Shown here: piece after piece, positions 46,479 through 56,939 of the stretch
How positions within the stretch are numbered: the stretch's first letter is position 1
Layout of the letters: each line of letters starts with the position of its first letter
Source of the DNA: Roseibacillus sp.
Lineage (GTDB): Bacteria > Verrucomicrobiota > Verrucomicrobiia > Verrucomicrobiales > Akkermansiaceae
Direction of reading: 5' to 3'
Assembly: GCA_051251855.1 (NCBI GenBank)
Contig: JBPOGI010000001.1
Span: forward strand, 1,152,001-1,216,000
DNA: 64,000 nt
Position numbers and translations under genes: made by a program
Notes under the pieces: model-generated
Seen by the model: the letters and a program-made list of their open reading frames with translations, nothing else
Databases searched by the model: none
Told to the model about the DNA's origin: nothing

Positions 46479-49154
46479 ATGGCAGAATCTACCGGTAACG
46501 ATACCTCAGCACCTGAGATCCCAGCTGAATTGCAGAAGCAACTGCAAGACTTCCGGAAACACCTCTGGCGCACCAAGTTGGTTGAGGCAGTTCTCGCCGG
46601 TTTCTTTGGCCTCCTGTTCTCGTTCCTGCTCGTCTTTCTCCTCGATCGCTTGATGCCAACTCCAGGGTGGTTGCGATTGATGATCCTCGTGGCGGGAACC
46701 TCGCTTTTCACCTTTTTTGCCCCCTATTGGATTCATCGTTGGATTCTTAAGAATCGCCGGGAAAACCAACTTGCACGGATGATTTCGCGGAAATTTCCTC
46801 GCTTAGGCGACCGCCTGCTTGGTGTTTTGGAGCTTTCGGGCCAGACAGAGTCAAAGACAACTCTCTCCCCTGCTCTGCGCGCGGCGGCGACTCGTGATGT
46901 CGCAGCGGCGGCGGCTAAGCGTGACTTCACGGATGCCTTGCCCTCCAATCGCAATCGACTAGGTCTTACAGTAGTTGCTTCATTGGTGATTTTAGCGGTA
47001 GGAGCTTTCGTTTTTCTTCCCAAGGCGGGGCTCAATGCATTGCAGCGTTGGTTGATGCCTCTCTCGGATACCCCGCGCTATACTCTCACCAAATTTGATA
47101 AGAACCTCCCTGGGCAAATCGTGGTCCCATTAGGGGAACCTTTCGAGGTCGAGGTCGCGTTAGCGAAAGACTCTGAGAAGCGCCCGGGGACCGCTCGCGC
47201 GCGTTTTGGTGCTCAATCTTGGATGGAGACGAAGCGCAGCGACAATCGGTATCAGTTCCAATTTGCGGGGCAACAACAAGAGGGACGGATTTCCCTCGCA
47301 GCCGGAGATGCTCGGGCGCGGATGCGCGTAGTGCCAACTCTTCCGCCTACTTTAGAGTCAGTAGACGCGACAATTGAGTTGCCGGCCTACCTTCAATTAC
47401 CTGAGCGGCAGCTTGATGTTCGGTCAGGGACTCTCAGCATTCTCTCGGGTTCTCACGTGAGCCTGCATGCCAACGCATCGCGAACGCTGGAATCTGGAAA
47501 AGTGGAGGTAAAGGATATTCCCCTCTTTGATCTGGCTCCAGCGGAGGAAGAGAGCGTCGCGCCACCCGAGCCTATTACCCAAAGATTGGTGGCGACTGCT
47601 CAAGGGCGCCGCGCAAGTTATCCCGCGCTTGAGGTCAAGGATGCGACAAGAGAAGTGAGACTCTCATGGAAAGATGATCTTGGCCTGGAAGGGACGGAGA
47701 CCTTCCGCCTGCGCTTGGAGCCACGCCCTGATGAGGCACCCTCAGTCTACATTCAAGATGCCCAGCGCCAGATCGCAATCCTCCCCGAAGAGACGGTAGA
47801 ATTTGAAGTAGCGGCTCAGGACGACTTTGGCCTCAAGAGCTTTGGACTCGAGTGGCAAGGCGAGTTTACGAAACCCAGCCCTGATAGCCCTGCCCAAGGC
47901 GAACTCGAACTTGCTCCTGGTGGCCCCTCGGAAAGCCAGCTCATGTCCCCTGCCTCCTTCTCTCCGGTGGTCTTTGATATCAAACCCCAGAAGCTGACCT
48001 TGCGCGCCTTTTGTGAGGACTACCTCCCCAACAGAGAGCGCGCGTATTCTCAGGCGATTGAGGTCTTCATCCTTACTCGTGACGAGCATGCTCAGATGCT
48101 TAAGGATCGTTTCGACCGAGTGATTGGAGAGCTAGAGGATGCCGCGCGAGAGGAACAGAACAATTTGGACGAGAATAAGCGCCTCGAGCGCTTGGAAGAC
48201 GAGGAGTTGAGAGCTTCCGAAAATGAAGAACGACTGGAGAAGCAACGGGCAGCCGAGCAAGAGAACGTTGAGAAAATGGAGAAGCTCAGCGAGGAAATGG
48301 AGAAGCTTTTCCAAGATGCCCTGCGCAATGGCGAAATCGAGGAAGAAACGATGAAGAAGCTTTCGGAAACCGAAAGTAAGCTACAAGAACTCGCTGACGA
48401 AGACCTCCCAGAAGTGGAGGAACAGTTGCAGAAAGCACAAGACCAGCGGTCGACTCCTGAGCAATCGAAGAAGGACCTTAAGGAAGCAACCAAGAAACAG
48501 GAAGACGCGCTCGAGAAGATGAAAGAAACGCTCGAACGAGCCAACAAAGCGAATGAGGATTTCGAAGCCGCCACCTTCGTTAATCGACTCAAGAAGGCTG
48601 CTACTGAGCACGATGGTATTGCAGGGGCCCTCACCGGTTCGATGGAAAAGTTGATTGGATTACGGAGCAACGAGGTCGACCCCGTCGAAGAACGCTTATT
48701 GGGCGAACTTACTTTACAGCAAAAACGGACAGCCTCCGATGTGCGCTGGATTCGGGAAGACTTGGGTCACTTCTACTCCCGCACCGAGAAGGAGATCCAC
48801 AAAGAGCTGCTGGATAAAATGAATGAGTCCAAAATTGAGGAAGGGCTCGAGATCAACCGCGACCGCTTGGCGCGTAATCTCACCTTCCGCAGCATTGTCT
48901 TTTCCAAGCAATGGGCCAATCAGCTGCGCGAATGGGCTAAAGAACTAGAGGGCTCCAATGAGGATCAAGGCGGCGGTGGTGGTGGTGGTGGCGGAGGGGG
49001 TGGTGGCTCTCCCGAGGATGAAGATTTCGAGTTTATGTTAAAGGTGATGCGGATGATTCAATCTGAGCAAGATATTCGCGCTCGCACCCGTGCAATCGAG
49101 CAGCTTCGCCGATCCACCCTTCCCCGCTCACGACAACGCCCCCGCCTCCCCTAA
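46479..49154 (+). CDS. Large membrane protein with Ig-like and coiled-coil regions (DUF4175-like)
   Basis: Three N-terminal TM segments, PAYLQLP, DEAPSV, AQDDFGL, long E/Q/K coiled coil, Gly12 tract. Confidence 0.75.
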   Translation: MAESTGNDTSAPEIPAELQKQLQDFRKHLWRTKLVEAVLAGFFGLLFSFLLVFLLDRLMPTPGWLRLMILVAGTSLFTFFAPYWIHRWILKNRRENQLARMISRKFPRLGDRLLGVLELSGQTESKTTLSPALRAAATRDVAAAAAKRDFTDALPSNRNRLGLTVVASLVILAVGAFVFLPKAGLNALQRWLMPLSDTPRYTLTKFDKNLPGQIVVPLGEPFEVEVALAKDSEKRPGTARARFGAQSWMETKRSDNRYQFQFAGQQQEGRISLAAGDARARMRVVPTLPPTLESVDATIELPAYLQLPERQLDVRSGTLSILSGSHVSLHANASRTLESGKVEVKDIPLFDLAPAEEESVAPPEPITQRLVATAQGRRASYPALEVKDATREVRLSWKDDLGLEGTETFRLRLEPRPDEAPSVYIQDAQRQIAILPEETVEFEVAAQDDFGLKSFGLEWQGEFTKPSPDSPAQGELELAPGGPSESQLMSPASFSPVVFDIKPQKLTLRAFCEDYLPNRERAYSQAIEVFILTRDEHAQMLKDRFDRVIGELEDAAREEQNNLDENKRLERLEDEELRASENEERLEKQRAAEQENVEKMEKLSEEMEKLFQDALRNGEIEEETMKKLSETESKLQELADEDLPEVEEQLQKAQDQRSTPEQSKKDLKEATKKQEDALEKMKETLERANKANEDFEAATFVNRLKKAATEHDGIAGALTGSMEKLIGLRSNEVDPVEERLLGELTLQQKRTASDVRWIREDLGHFYSRTEKEIHKELLDKMNESKIEEGLEINRDRLARNLTFRSIVFSKQWANQLREWAKELEGSNEDQGGGGGGGGGGGGGSPEDEDFEFMLKVMRMIQSEQDIRARTRAIEQLRRSTLPRSRQRPRLP

Positions 49155-49157
49155 CAG

Positions 49158-49832
49158 ATGAAATTGTTTTCTTACCACCTCTTAATTACTTCTATTCTCG
49201 TCACTCCGGCACTGGCTCAGGTGAAAGACACCGAGGTCTCCAAGCTGTCATCAAAAGACGCCGCAACCCAAATCCTCGAAAGTTCTGAGGCCTTGGCGGA
49301 GGCGCAGGACGAACTGTCTGCTGATGTCATGGAACTGGTGGAAAGCCAAACCGTGCCCGACGTGATCAAGCTCTTGGAAGAAGTCGAACAAATCATGGCC
49401 GAAGTGACCGACGACCTTATTGAAGGTGAAACGGGAGGCCCCACGATGGCTGCACAAACTGAAATCATCGAAAAAATTCTCGCGGCCGCAAAAAAGAAAC
49501 AGCAATCCTCAGAGGAAGAATCCGAACAATCCGAAGAATCAAAGGAAAGCATGGGAGCGATGCTCGACATGATGGAACGAATGATGGGAAAGGAGCCGGG
49601 CGAGCAAAAAGGTCCTCCCCAAGAAGGCGGCGAAGAGCCCAGCGACCAAGGTGACGGCGGCGGGGTCACGGGAGACTCCGACACCCAGAACGGGCAGGTC
49701 CAAGGCAAGATGGACGAAGACTCTAACGAACGGGTGATTCCAAAAGGAAGTGCTCCCGCCGGACGCAGCCTCCCCAACGAATTTCGCAAGCTGCTAGACG
49801 CCTACAACACCAACCCCTCGACTAGCCAATGA
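49158..49832 (+). CDS. Exported acidic helical hypothetical protein
   Basis: Signal peptide; C-terminal LPNEFRKLLDAY; translationally coupled to neighbours. Confidence 0.75.
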   Translation: MKLFSYHLLITSILVTPALAQVKDTEVSKLSSKDAATQILESSEALAEAQDELSADVMELVESQTVPDVIKLLEEVEQIMAEVTDDLIEGETGGPTMAAQTEIIEKILAAAKKKQQSSEEESEQSEESKESMGAMLDMMERMMGKEPGEQKGPPQEGGEEPSDQGDGGGVTGDSDTQNGQVQGKMDEDSNERVIPKGSAPAGRSLPNEFRKLLDAYNTNPSTSQ

Positions 49833-50812
49833 AATTTCTCCTCTCCGCTATCGTAATTCTTTCCCTTGGCTCTGCCTTGGGACAAAGCCTACCTCGACGC
49901 GAGGCCAACCCTATCTCCCCGCAAGTGGAGGCCATGTATACGAAAGGGCTCCGTTTTCTGGCCAAGGAGCAACTAGACACCGGAGCTTGGAATGGACGCT
50001 ATAGCGCTGAACCAGGTGTGGTCGGCCTTTGCGTTCTCGCCTTTCTTGCCCATGGTGAGGATCCCAACCACGGTCCCTATTCTGACAACATTTCAAAAGC
50101 CTTAAGTTACATTTTGGAGAAGCAAAACTCGGCCAATGGCTACATTGGGAACAGTATGTATAACCATGGCTTTGCCACGCTAGCTCTCGCCGAGTCTTAT
50201 GGAGTGGTGAACGACCCTCGTCTCGCCCCGGCACTGTCACAGGCTGTGGAGTTAATTCTCTCGGCTCAAAAGCGAAACCGACTGGATGCTTGGCGCTACA
50301 CTCCCGACAGCCATGATGCCGACAGCACTGTTGCCGGTTGCCAGATTGTGGCCTTGTTAGCTGCTCGCAACGCTGGAATCGCCATCCCTGATGAAGCCAT
50401 TGAGAAGGGACTAGCCTACTTGAAGCGGTGCCGTTCGGCTCGCGGCGGAATAGGTTATACCTCACCGTCGGGAGAGAAGCCTACTCTCACCGCGATCGGC
50501 GTCACTTGCTTTGCGCTTGCCAAGCAAAAGGAAGGCAAGGGATTCGCAGCCAGCGTCCAGTATCTACGGGAGAACCTAACTTACCGCGACCGCTACTACC
50601 CCTACTACTTTGAGTATTATATGTCTCAAGCCCTCTTCCATGCAGACCAAGAACTATGGGAGAGCTGGAACGCCAAAAATATTCGCTACCTCTCAGCTTC
50701 TCAAAGCAGGGATGGCTCATGGCCTGACAACAAAGGCGCCCACTTTGCTACCTCGGGGGCTCTTCTTTCGCTCGCTCTGAACTATCGCTTCCTTCCCATC
50801 TACGAAAAATAA
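49829..50812 (+). CDS. Exported prenyltransferase/squalene-oxidase-repeat (alpha/alpha barrel) protein
   Basis: QW-type repeats (GLRFLAKEQLDTGAW, QSRDGSW), MYNHGFATLALAE, YYFEYYMSQALF. Confidence 0.85.
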   Translation: MKFLLSAIVILSLGSALGQSLPRREANPISPQVEAMYTKGLRFLAKEQLDTGAWNGRYSAEPGVVGLCVLAFLAHGEDPNHGPYSDNISKALSYILEKQNSANGYIGNSMYNHGFATLALAESYGVVNDPRLAPALSQAVELILSAQKRNRLDAWRYTPDSHDADSTVAGCQIVALLAARNAGIAIPDEAIEKGLAYLKRCRSARGGIGYTSPSGEKPTLTAIGVTCFALAKQKEGKGFAASVQYLRENLTYRDRYYPYYFEYYMSQALFHADQELWESWNAKNIRYLSASQSRDGSWPDNKGAHFATSGALLSLALNYRFLPIYEK

Positions 50813-50815
50813 TTC

Positions 50816-52420
50816 GTGAACACTCTTCCTTTCTTCCTCCTTCTCTTTTTGGCAGCGGTCCCGCTGGTGGCCGAACCTGCTCAGGATTTTTTACGATTCA
50901 AGAACGGTGACACCTTGCACGGTCAGTTCAAAGGACTCGATGAGGGACCTCTTGTGAAATGGCAGAGCGACGAATCCCAAGACCCGATCCATTTCGAAAC
51001 CCAGAATCTGCGTAAACTCAGCCTCAACAACGGACGCTCGCAAAACCATTTGGAAAGCCCTGGACTTGTGATTCTCAACAATGGGGATCGCATCCCAGGG
51101 TCACTTATTGGAATGGGCGAAGACTCAGTCAGCTTACAAACTGAGTTTGCAGGCCTTCTCACTATCCCACGCGAGAACATCGAGCGAATCTCCCCCAATC
51201 GACATGGCGGCGGAGTTCTCTATGCAGGCCCCTTCAACGATGAGGATTGGAGCATTCCGGGAAAGACGCTCACGGCTCGGGGAGAAGAAGCCCCTCAAGA
51301 AGATGATGAGGAAGTCGCCCCCCCTCCTCCGAAAAGTTGGGTTCATGGCTCTGCGGCTTGGTATAGTAACTCCTCAGAGATCCTTCGTCTCAATAAGAGT
51401 CTTCCCAACCAAGTTTCCATCCGGTTCCGTCTCGCTTGGCAATCCCCGCTCAATGCCACCATTGCAGTCTTCGGCGACTTCCAGAGGCCCTTTCGTATAG
51501 ACTCACCACGAGTTCACCGGGTGGTCCCTCTGGCACAAGAGGTAGAACCCAACGCAGAAGAAGCAGAAGAAGCAGAAGAAGCAGAAGAAGCAGAAGAAGC
51601 AGAAGAAGCAGAAGACGCAGAAGAAGAGCCCGAAGAAGCTCCTCCCAAATTTGTCGATATTATGACGGAGGGAGTGGGTTCATCTGAGGCAGAGTCCTAT
51701 GGTAGCGGTTATCTTCTCTCAATTCTCTCAAGTTACTCCAGACTACAACGTCTCGGCTTCGACGATAAATTGCAGGGAAAGAAAACGTCGTTCCCGAATT
51801 CAGGGGGGCGCCTCAATCTAGGTGACCTCTATTCAGCTGATTTCGAGATTCGCGCCAATCGTGAAGAGGGAACGATGACCCTCTTTGTGAACGGTGTGTT
51901 TTACTCAGAATGGCAGGACTTGGCTGAACCTCTCGAAGAGGCTGAGCGCTATTTTGCTATTTCCGCCGGTGGAAAGTCCCGCATCCGAATCAGTGATGTG
52001 GTCATCGCAGAGTGGAATGGCATGCCAGATTCAGCCCGCAGTATGCAGACCAAGGACCGTGACGTGCTCCTCCTCACCAATGGCACTGATCGATTCTCGG
52101 GAGATATCTTAACCCTTGAAGAAGATGTCATTCGCCTCGAGTCCGACTATGGAGTGTTTCAAATCCCGTCTTCCGAGATTACCGATATCCAACTTGCTAC
52201 CAATTCAGTTTCTGAACCGCCGGAGTTCGAAGACGGAGAAATTAAGATCAGTTTTCAACCTAACGGACTTCTCACTCTCGTGCCCAAGGAAGGCCGCACA
52301 GAGACGCTCCAAGGAACCCACTCGATTCTTGGAGAACTTTCGCTCGACTTAACCTATGCCTATCTTCTGGAATTCGATGCGATAGGTTCAATTTTTGACA
52401 ACTGGGATGATGAATTTTAG
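50816..52420 (+). CDS. Exported hypothetical protein with repeated L-x-NGD-x-(L/I)-x-G modules
   Basis: Signal peptide; FKNGDTLHG, LNNGDRIPG, LTNGTDRFSG. Confidence 0.78.
   Translation: MNTLPFFLLLFLAAVPLVAEPAQDFLRFKNGDTLHGQFKGLDEGPLVKWQSDESQDPIHFETQNLRKLSLNNGRSQNHLESPGLVILNNGDRIPGSLIGMGEDSVSLQTEFAGLLTIPRENIERISPNRHGGGVLYAGPFNDEDWSIPGKTLTARGEEAPQEDDEEVAPPPPKSWVHGSAAWYSNSSEILRLNKSLPNQVSIRFRLAWQSPLNATIAVFGDFQRPFRIDSPRVHRVVPLAQEVEPNAEEAEEAEEAEEAEEAEEAEDAEEEPEEAPPKFVDIMTEGVGSSEAESYGSGYLLSILSSYSRLQRLGFDDKLQGKKTSFPNSGGRLNLGDLYSADFEIRANREEGTMTLFVNGVFYSEWQDLAEPLEEAERYFAISAGGKSRIRISDVVIAEWNGMPDSARSMQTKDRDVLLLTNGTDRFSGDILTLEEDVIRLESDYGVFQIPSSEITDIQLATNSVSEPPEFEDGEIKISFQPNGLLTLVPKEGRTETLQGTHSILGELSLDLTYAYLLEFDAIGSIFDNWDDEF
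51554..51625 (+). repeat. 9-bp tandem repeat (GCAGAAGAA) encoding AEE
   Basis: Six perfect units, one GCAGAAGAC, one more perfect unit. Confidence 0.93.
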
Positions 52421-53756
52421 ACCACTTCTTTTTACTTTAGCCACTTCGATCTGCATGGGCGAAGTCCTCACCCTCACCTCAGGCGCTCGCTTCGAGGGCG
52501 AGCTCCTGTCCATCAGCTCAGAGGAAGGAATTCTGCTCGATAGTCCGCGCGCACCAGAACCACTTGCGCTAAAGCTTGATTCTTTTTCTCTCTTGGAAAT
52601 GGATGGCCCAGTGGAGGCAGACCCATTTCAAACAGAACGCCTCGTTCTCGCTAACGGAGACATCTTACCAGGCAATCTTCGCTCGCTAGACAAAGAGGAA
52701 ATTGTTTACGAAGGACTCGTAGGAGGCAGCCTCATTTTGAACCGAAACAAAGTCAGCACCCTTCGCTTCGGAATCAAACCTCAATCCCTCCAATATGAGG
52801 GTCCTGCTCCTCTCAGTGAGTGGGCTGGCAATGGTCCTGAAAAGTGGATCATGAGCGAAGCCTCTTCAGATGGCCTACTGATGCTCGAGCCGGGTAAGAT
52901 GGAAAAGAACGTAGACCTAGGCTCTCAGTTCATTCTCAAGTTTGATCTCAAATGGCAGGAACGTCCTGCTATCCGTATCTACTTTGGCGCCGAAGCTTCC
53001 GAAAAGGCGCAACAGGACCGCTATTACATCGATTTGAACAGTGGAGGAATTCAGATCCGACGAGAGCGCTCGGTCGAGCCTCGCTGGCACATGCTGGTTT
53101 CCCTCAGTCAACTGGAGGCCTTCGATGATGACCAAGTGAGTGTCGAGCTGAGGGTCAACCGTTTGATTGGAACTCTCGACCTCTATCTTGATGGCAAACT
53201 AGTACGTCAGATGCTGGATTCGGCTCCTCCGACCCAAGGTGATTGCATAATTATCGAAAGAAGTCGTAGTGATAATTCGGCCTCATACCTATCGAACCTT
53301 CAGGTCTTTTCTTGGGATGCGGTCTCCCAGCTAGAACTGATGGAAGAACCCGGCGAGGGCCAAGTGGATAGCGTGGTTGATGCAGAAGGCAAAAGAATCT
53401 CCGGCCAGCTGATGGGACTATTCTCGCCTAAGAATGAAGGCAAGGAGGAAACAGAAAAGACGCCCGCTTCGTCTCACTTTCTACTTCAAAGCCCTTTTGC
53501 TGATGAGCCAGTTGAGATCCCCACGCAGAAGACTCGCATTATCTATTTTCAAAATACCATCAAGAACGCCCCTCCCAGCGTCTTCCCCAAATATGAACTC
53601 GACCTTGCCAACGACGGCATTGTTTCGGCCACCACCCTTTCGATGAACGACGATCAAATCACTCTGGAGCATCCGCTCTTAGGAAACTTGCAAGTCGCTC
53701 GATCAGCCGTGAAGCAGATTCGATATCTCCAAGAGTTGACTGACGAAGACGAATGA
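52407..53756 (+). CDS. Exported hypothetical protein, distant paralogue of 50816-52420
   Basis: LTSGARFEG, LANGDILPG, DAEGKRISG, HPLLGNL; ATG overlaps the upstream gene end. Confidence 0.78.
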   Translation: MMNFRPLLFTLATSICMGEVLTLTSGARFEGELLSISSEEGILLDSPRAPEPLALKLDSFSLLEMDGPVEADPFQTERLVLANGDILPGNLRSLDKEEIVYEGLVGGSLILNRNKVSTLRFGIKPQSLQYEGPAPLSEWAGNGPEKWIMSEASSDGLLMLEPGKMEKNVDLGSQFILKFDLKWQERPAIRIYFGAEASEKAQQDRYYIDLNSGGIQIRRERSVEPRWHMLVSLSQLEAFDDDQVSVELRVNRLIGTLDLYLDGKLVRQMLDSAPPTQGDCIIIERSRSDNSASYLSNLQVFSWDAVSQLELMEEPGEGQVDSVVDAEGKRISGQLMGLFSPKNEGKEETEKTPASSHFLLQSPFADEPVEIPTQKTRIIYFQNTIKNAPPSVFPKYELDLANDGIVSATTLSMNDDQITLEHPLLGNLQVARSAVKQIRYLQELTDEDE

Positions 53757-55120
53757 AAACTACCCTCCCTCTCTTAATACTCGCGCTCGCAGCTTATAGC
53801 TCTTCCGCAGAAGAAAACTCAATCAAAGGTGAGCTCGTCTTTCCTGATGGGGATGCTTTCCCAGGAATTCCGGCAGGAGTTTCTGAGGAAGGTTTTCTTC
53901 TTTGGAAAAGCCCCCTCTTTATGAAGGACAAAGGCTCCTTCCTCACAACAGAAGTCGACACCATCAAATTGAGCGGACAGCGACCTGCTAAAAAAAATAA
54001 AACAGTTGCGACGATTACCTTTCAAAACCGAGTGGATAAAGCCTTCGATGTCATGGAAGCGGATCTCTTGGGCTTCGATGATGAATCAGTAAAACTTCGA
54101 ACGTGGTATGCGGGAGATCTGACCCTCAAGCGTTCAATGCTTCACATGATTGAGGTCTCTACCGAGTCCCCCGCTATCATTGATGGTCCGGGACGGATAG
54201 ATGAGTGGCAAACACTCGAAAGCGCTAGTGCCTGGCGTATCGATGGCAGAAACCTAGTGTCATCTGCGCGCGGTTCTATTGCTCGAGAGCTTCCGCAACT
54301 CCCGGATCAAATCCATATTGAGTTCGACCTATTTTTCGATTATTCCCCCTATTTGAGGCTGCACTTGTTTGCAGATTCAGGGGACGAAATCATTCCTCGC
54401 ACTGGCTACTCAATCTCGATTCAACGAGGCACGATGCAATTCCTTAAGAAAGTCGACAATCGCAGCGTCCCGATACAGATGGACCACTTTGGACGACGAC
54501 ATGATTTTCAAGAAGATGATCGCACCCACGCGGAATTGTTTGTTGACCGAACCAAGGGTAAGTTTCACCTCTACCTCGACGATGAACTAGTCAGTGCCTC
54601 AACCGATCCAGAACCACTTACAGAGGATCACTGGTTTCACCTTGCGACTTTGCGCGGTCTCGAACAAACAATCTCTAACTTTGCGATTCGAGCTTGGGAT
54701 GGAAAGCTCCCCGAACGCCGAGACTTTCTTGATTTCCGCCAAGAGCTTCCCATGCAAGGAGAGCAAATCGAGTTGCAAAACGGAGACACCATTATCGGCA
54801 AAGCAACCTCGATTTCAGAAGGAAAACTCAAAATCAATACCGAATATGTGCCCGTATCTGTCCCTATTGAGCGCCTGAGTTCCTTTCAAGTCACCAGCAA
54901 AGAAAACCGTGAAGAACCTCGGCTCTACCGCGGGGACGTTCGGGCATACTTCCATCATGGAGGACATGTCACTTTGCAACTGAAAGGTTTTACCGAAACA
55001 AGTATCACGGGATACTCACAGGTCTTTGGAAATGCCACTTTCGAACTGCAAGCCTTCACACACATCGAGTTCAACCCCTACGACCCAGAGTTTAGGGCGC
55101 GCAGGGGTCTGCCTTTCTAG
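53753..55120 (+). CDS. Exported hypothetical protein, third member of the NGD-module set
   Basis: FPDGDAFPG, LQNGDTIIG, SQVFGN; ATGA overlap. Confidence 0.78.
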   Translation: MKTTLPLLILALAAYSSSAEENSIKGELVFPDGDAFPGIPAGVSEEGFLLWKSPLFMKDKGSFLTTEVDTIKLSGQRPAKKNKTVATITFQNRVDKAFDVMEADLLGFDDESVKLRTWYAGDLTLKRSMLHMIEVSTESPAIIDGPGRIDEWQTLESASAWRIDGRNLVSSARGSIARELPQLPDQIHIEFDLFFDYSPYLRLHLFADSGDEIIPRTGYSISIQRGTMQFLKKVDNRSVPIQMDHFGRRHDFQEDDRTHAELFVDRTKGKFHLYLDDELVSASTDPEPLTEDHWFHLATLRGLEQTISNFAIRAWDGKLPERRDFLDFRQELPMQGEQIELQNGDTIIGKATSISEGKLKINTEYVPVSVPIERLSSFQVTSKENREEPRLYRGDVRAYFHHGGHVTLQLKGFTETSITGYSQVFGNATFELQAFTHIEFNPYDPEFRARRGLPF

Positions 55121-55180
55121 GAAAGACGACAGACCTTTTCCTGTTCGCTGGCAGTAAGACTTTGTCTACTCAGGCCAACG

Positions 55181-56173
55181 GTGACGGTCCCTTTCAAATT
55201 CGCAATTCCTCTCCTCTTCATCATTCCACTCGTGATGTGGTTGTCGGGTATTCGCAAATACGACTTTATGACTCCTCGGGACATTCCTGCGAGCGAGCTC
55301 CGACCTGAATTTGCTTCGCCAGTGGAAATCGAACTTGGCGAACTGGCGAAAGGGCAAGACCCGTCAGCAAACGAGATGGAAGCGCCTGCAATGCCTGAAA
55401 TCGATCTCGGAGACTTCCAGACGGCACCGGGACTCGACGAATATCGTGATAGTGCGGAGCTGGGTGCCTCTTCCCTTTTGAAGCTCGCCCAAAAACTACA
55501 GAATGCAGGCCAGGTGCAACGGGCAGTATTGGCTTTTGAGCGTATTCTGGATTCGACCCCCACTGGAGGCTCAGCAAACATAGAAGCCGAAAGAGCACTC
55601 GCGAATTTAAAGGCTAACCTCCCCCTTTGGAACTCGGATTCTACAGCCGCAGTTCCCTTAGAGATCCATTTTGACACCGCGAGGGACCCCGACTCGTTGA
55701 ATGGCGCGATAGCGACCCTATCCGAGCTCATTTCAGTTGGTAGTGGAAACCAATGCCAACCAAACTTTCAAATCCGAGTTTCGGCAATGCCCAGCGAACA
55801 GCTCCCCTCCTTACCCGTAGCTATTTGGATGACGGTTCCTGGAGAAGACCCCGACAAGCCCTCTCTTGCTGTTGTCACCTTGGCTCCAAAGTCTGATGAG
55901 AACCTCAACGCTCGTCTCACTCATGGACTTTATCGTCTTCTCTCGCGACGAATCACCTCTATCGGCCAGCTAACCCCTCTCCCCCCACTCCTCCAAGGGG
56001 AAGACCCTGAGAACGCCGTGGTCAACAAGGTGACTCGACTCGCTTGGAAACAAATCCTCGCCACCCCCTTTCAATCTCTTGAGGCAGGACCGCCCAGCGA
56101 AGGCACCAACGATGACTCCTCCGAGAGCTCCGAACCTGCTGATGTATCAGAAGGAGAAGAAATCGCACAGTAA
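55181..56173 (+). CDS. Membrane-anchored hypothetical protein with a TPR-like segment
   Basis: N-terminal TM; LLKLAQKLQNAGQVQRAVLAFERILD. Confidence 0.72.
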   Translation: MTVPFKFAIPLLFIIPLVMWLSGIRKYDFMTPRDIPASELRPEFASPVEIELGELAKGQDPSANEMEAPAMPEIDLGDFQTAPGLDEYRDSAELGASSLLKLAQKLQNAGQVQRAVLAFERILDSTPTGGSANIEAERALANLKANLPLWNSDSTAAVPLEIHFDTARDPDSLNGAIATLSELISVGSGNQCQPNFQIRVSAMPSEQLPSLPVAIWMTVPGEDPDKPSLAVVTLAPKSDENLNARLTHGLYRLLSRRITSIGQLTPLPPLLQGEDPENAVVNKVTRLAWKQILATPFQSLEAGPPSEGTNDDSSESSEPADVSEGEEIAQ

Positions 56174-56224
56174 TGACGATTTTCCAAAGACAGCGACCTT
56201 TTGGGACGTTACGGTGGAGAAGAT

Positions 56225-56917
56225 ATGAAACTGATTTGTGTTCTTGTTGCTTTCTTACTCAACAGCACCCCTGTGTGGGGCGACAAGCCCGAGGTCATTG
56301 AGCTAGGTGAGGGCAAATACAAGTTAGGCCAAGTCACCTTTGACGAAAATACGCGGCGAATCAGTTTTCCTGCCGAAATCAACCAACAAGAAGGCATCAT
56401 CGAGTACGCCATAGTACATGAAAAAGGGAAAATTCATGAGTCCCTGCTCATCACCACCACTTCCGCTTTTCATCTCAATGTCGCTTTGCAACTGCTCCGC
56501 TATCAAAGCTCACCCGAACTCTTTCCTATTCTCAACGACGACTTCGAGAGCACAGGCAAGTATCCTCAGGTTCCAGAAGCTCAGAAGACGGCCTCTCGCC
56601 TGCAAGTGCTAGTCAGCTGGGAGATTGACGGAAAGAAGGAAGAAGCCTCCCTAAACGACCTCATTTACCACGTCGGAAACGAGAGCGCGATGGAACCCTT
56701 ACCATGGATCTACCAGGGCTCATACATCCACGAGAACTCCTTTAAAGCGGAGACCTCAGGAGATCTCGCTGCCATCTATATCACACGCTCATCGCTCATT
56801 AATTTTTCAGGGAAAGATAACGAAATGGACGAGCCATGGATACCCAACCGAAAACGAATTCCTCCCGTCACCACCCCCGTCACCGTCACCTTCGCTCCTC
56901 TTCTTGAGAAAAAATAA
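56225..56917 (+). CDS. Exported YdjY-like domain protein
   Basis: Signal peptide; IEYAIV..GKIHESLL, WIYQGS, IPPVTTPVTVTF. Confidence 0.65.
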   Translation: MKLICVLVAFLLNSTPVWGDKPEVIELGEGKYKLGQVTFDENTRRISFPAEINQQEGIIEYAIVHEKGKIHESLLITTTSAFHLNVALQLLRYQSSPELFPILNDDFESTGKYPQVPEAQKTASRLQVLVSWEIDGKKEEASLNDLIYHVGNESAMEPLPWIYQGSYIHENSFKAETSGDLAAIYITRSSLINFSGKDNEMDEPWIPNRKRIPPVTTPVTVTFAPLLEKK

Positions 56918-56939
56918 TCGTCCCATTAGTCAACTCACC

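Noticed and set aside
49829..50812. Squalene-hopene cyclase or terpene biosynthetic cluster call
   Set aside because: Too short, exported, no DxDD, and no isoprenoid pathway genes nearby.
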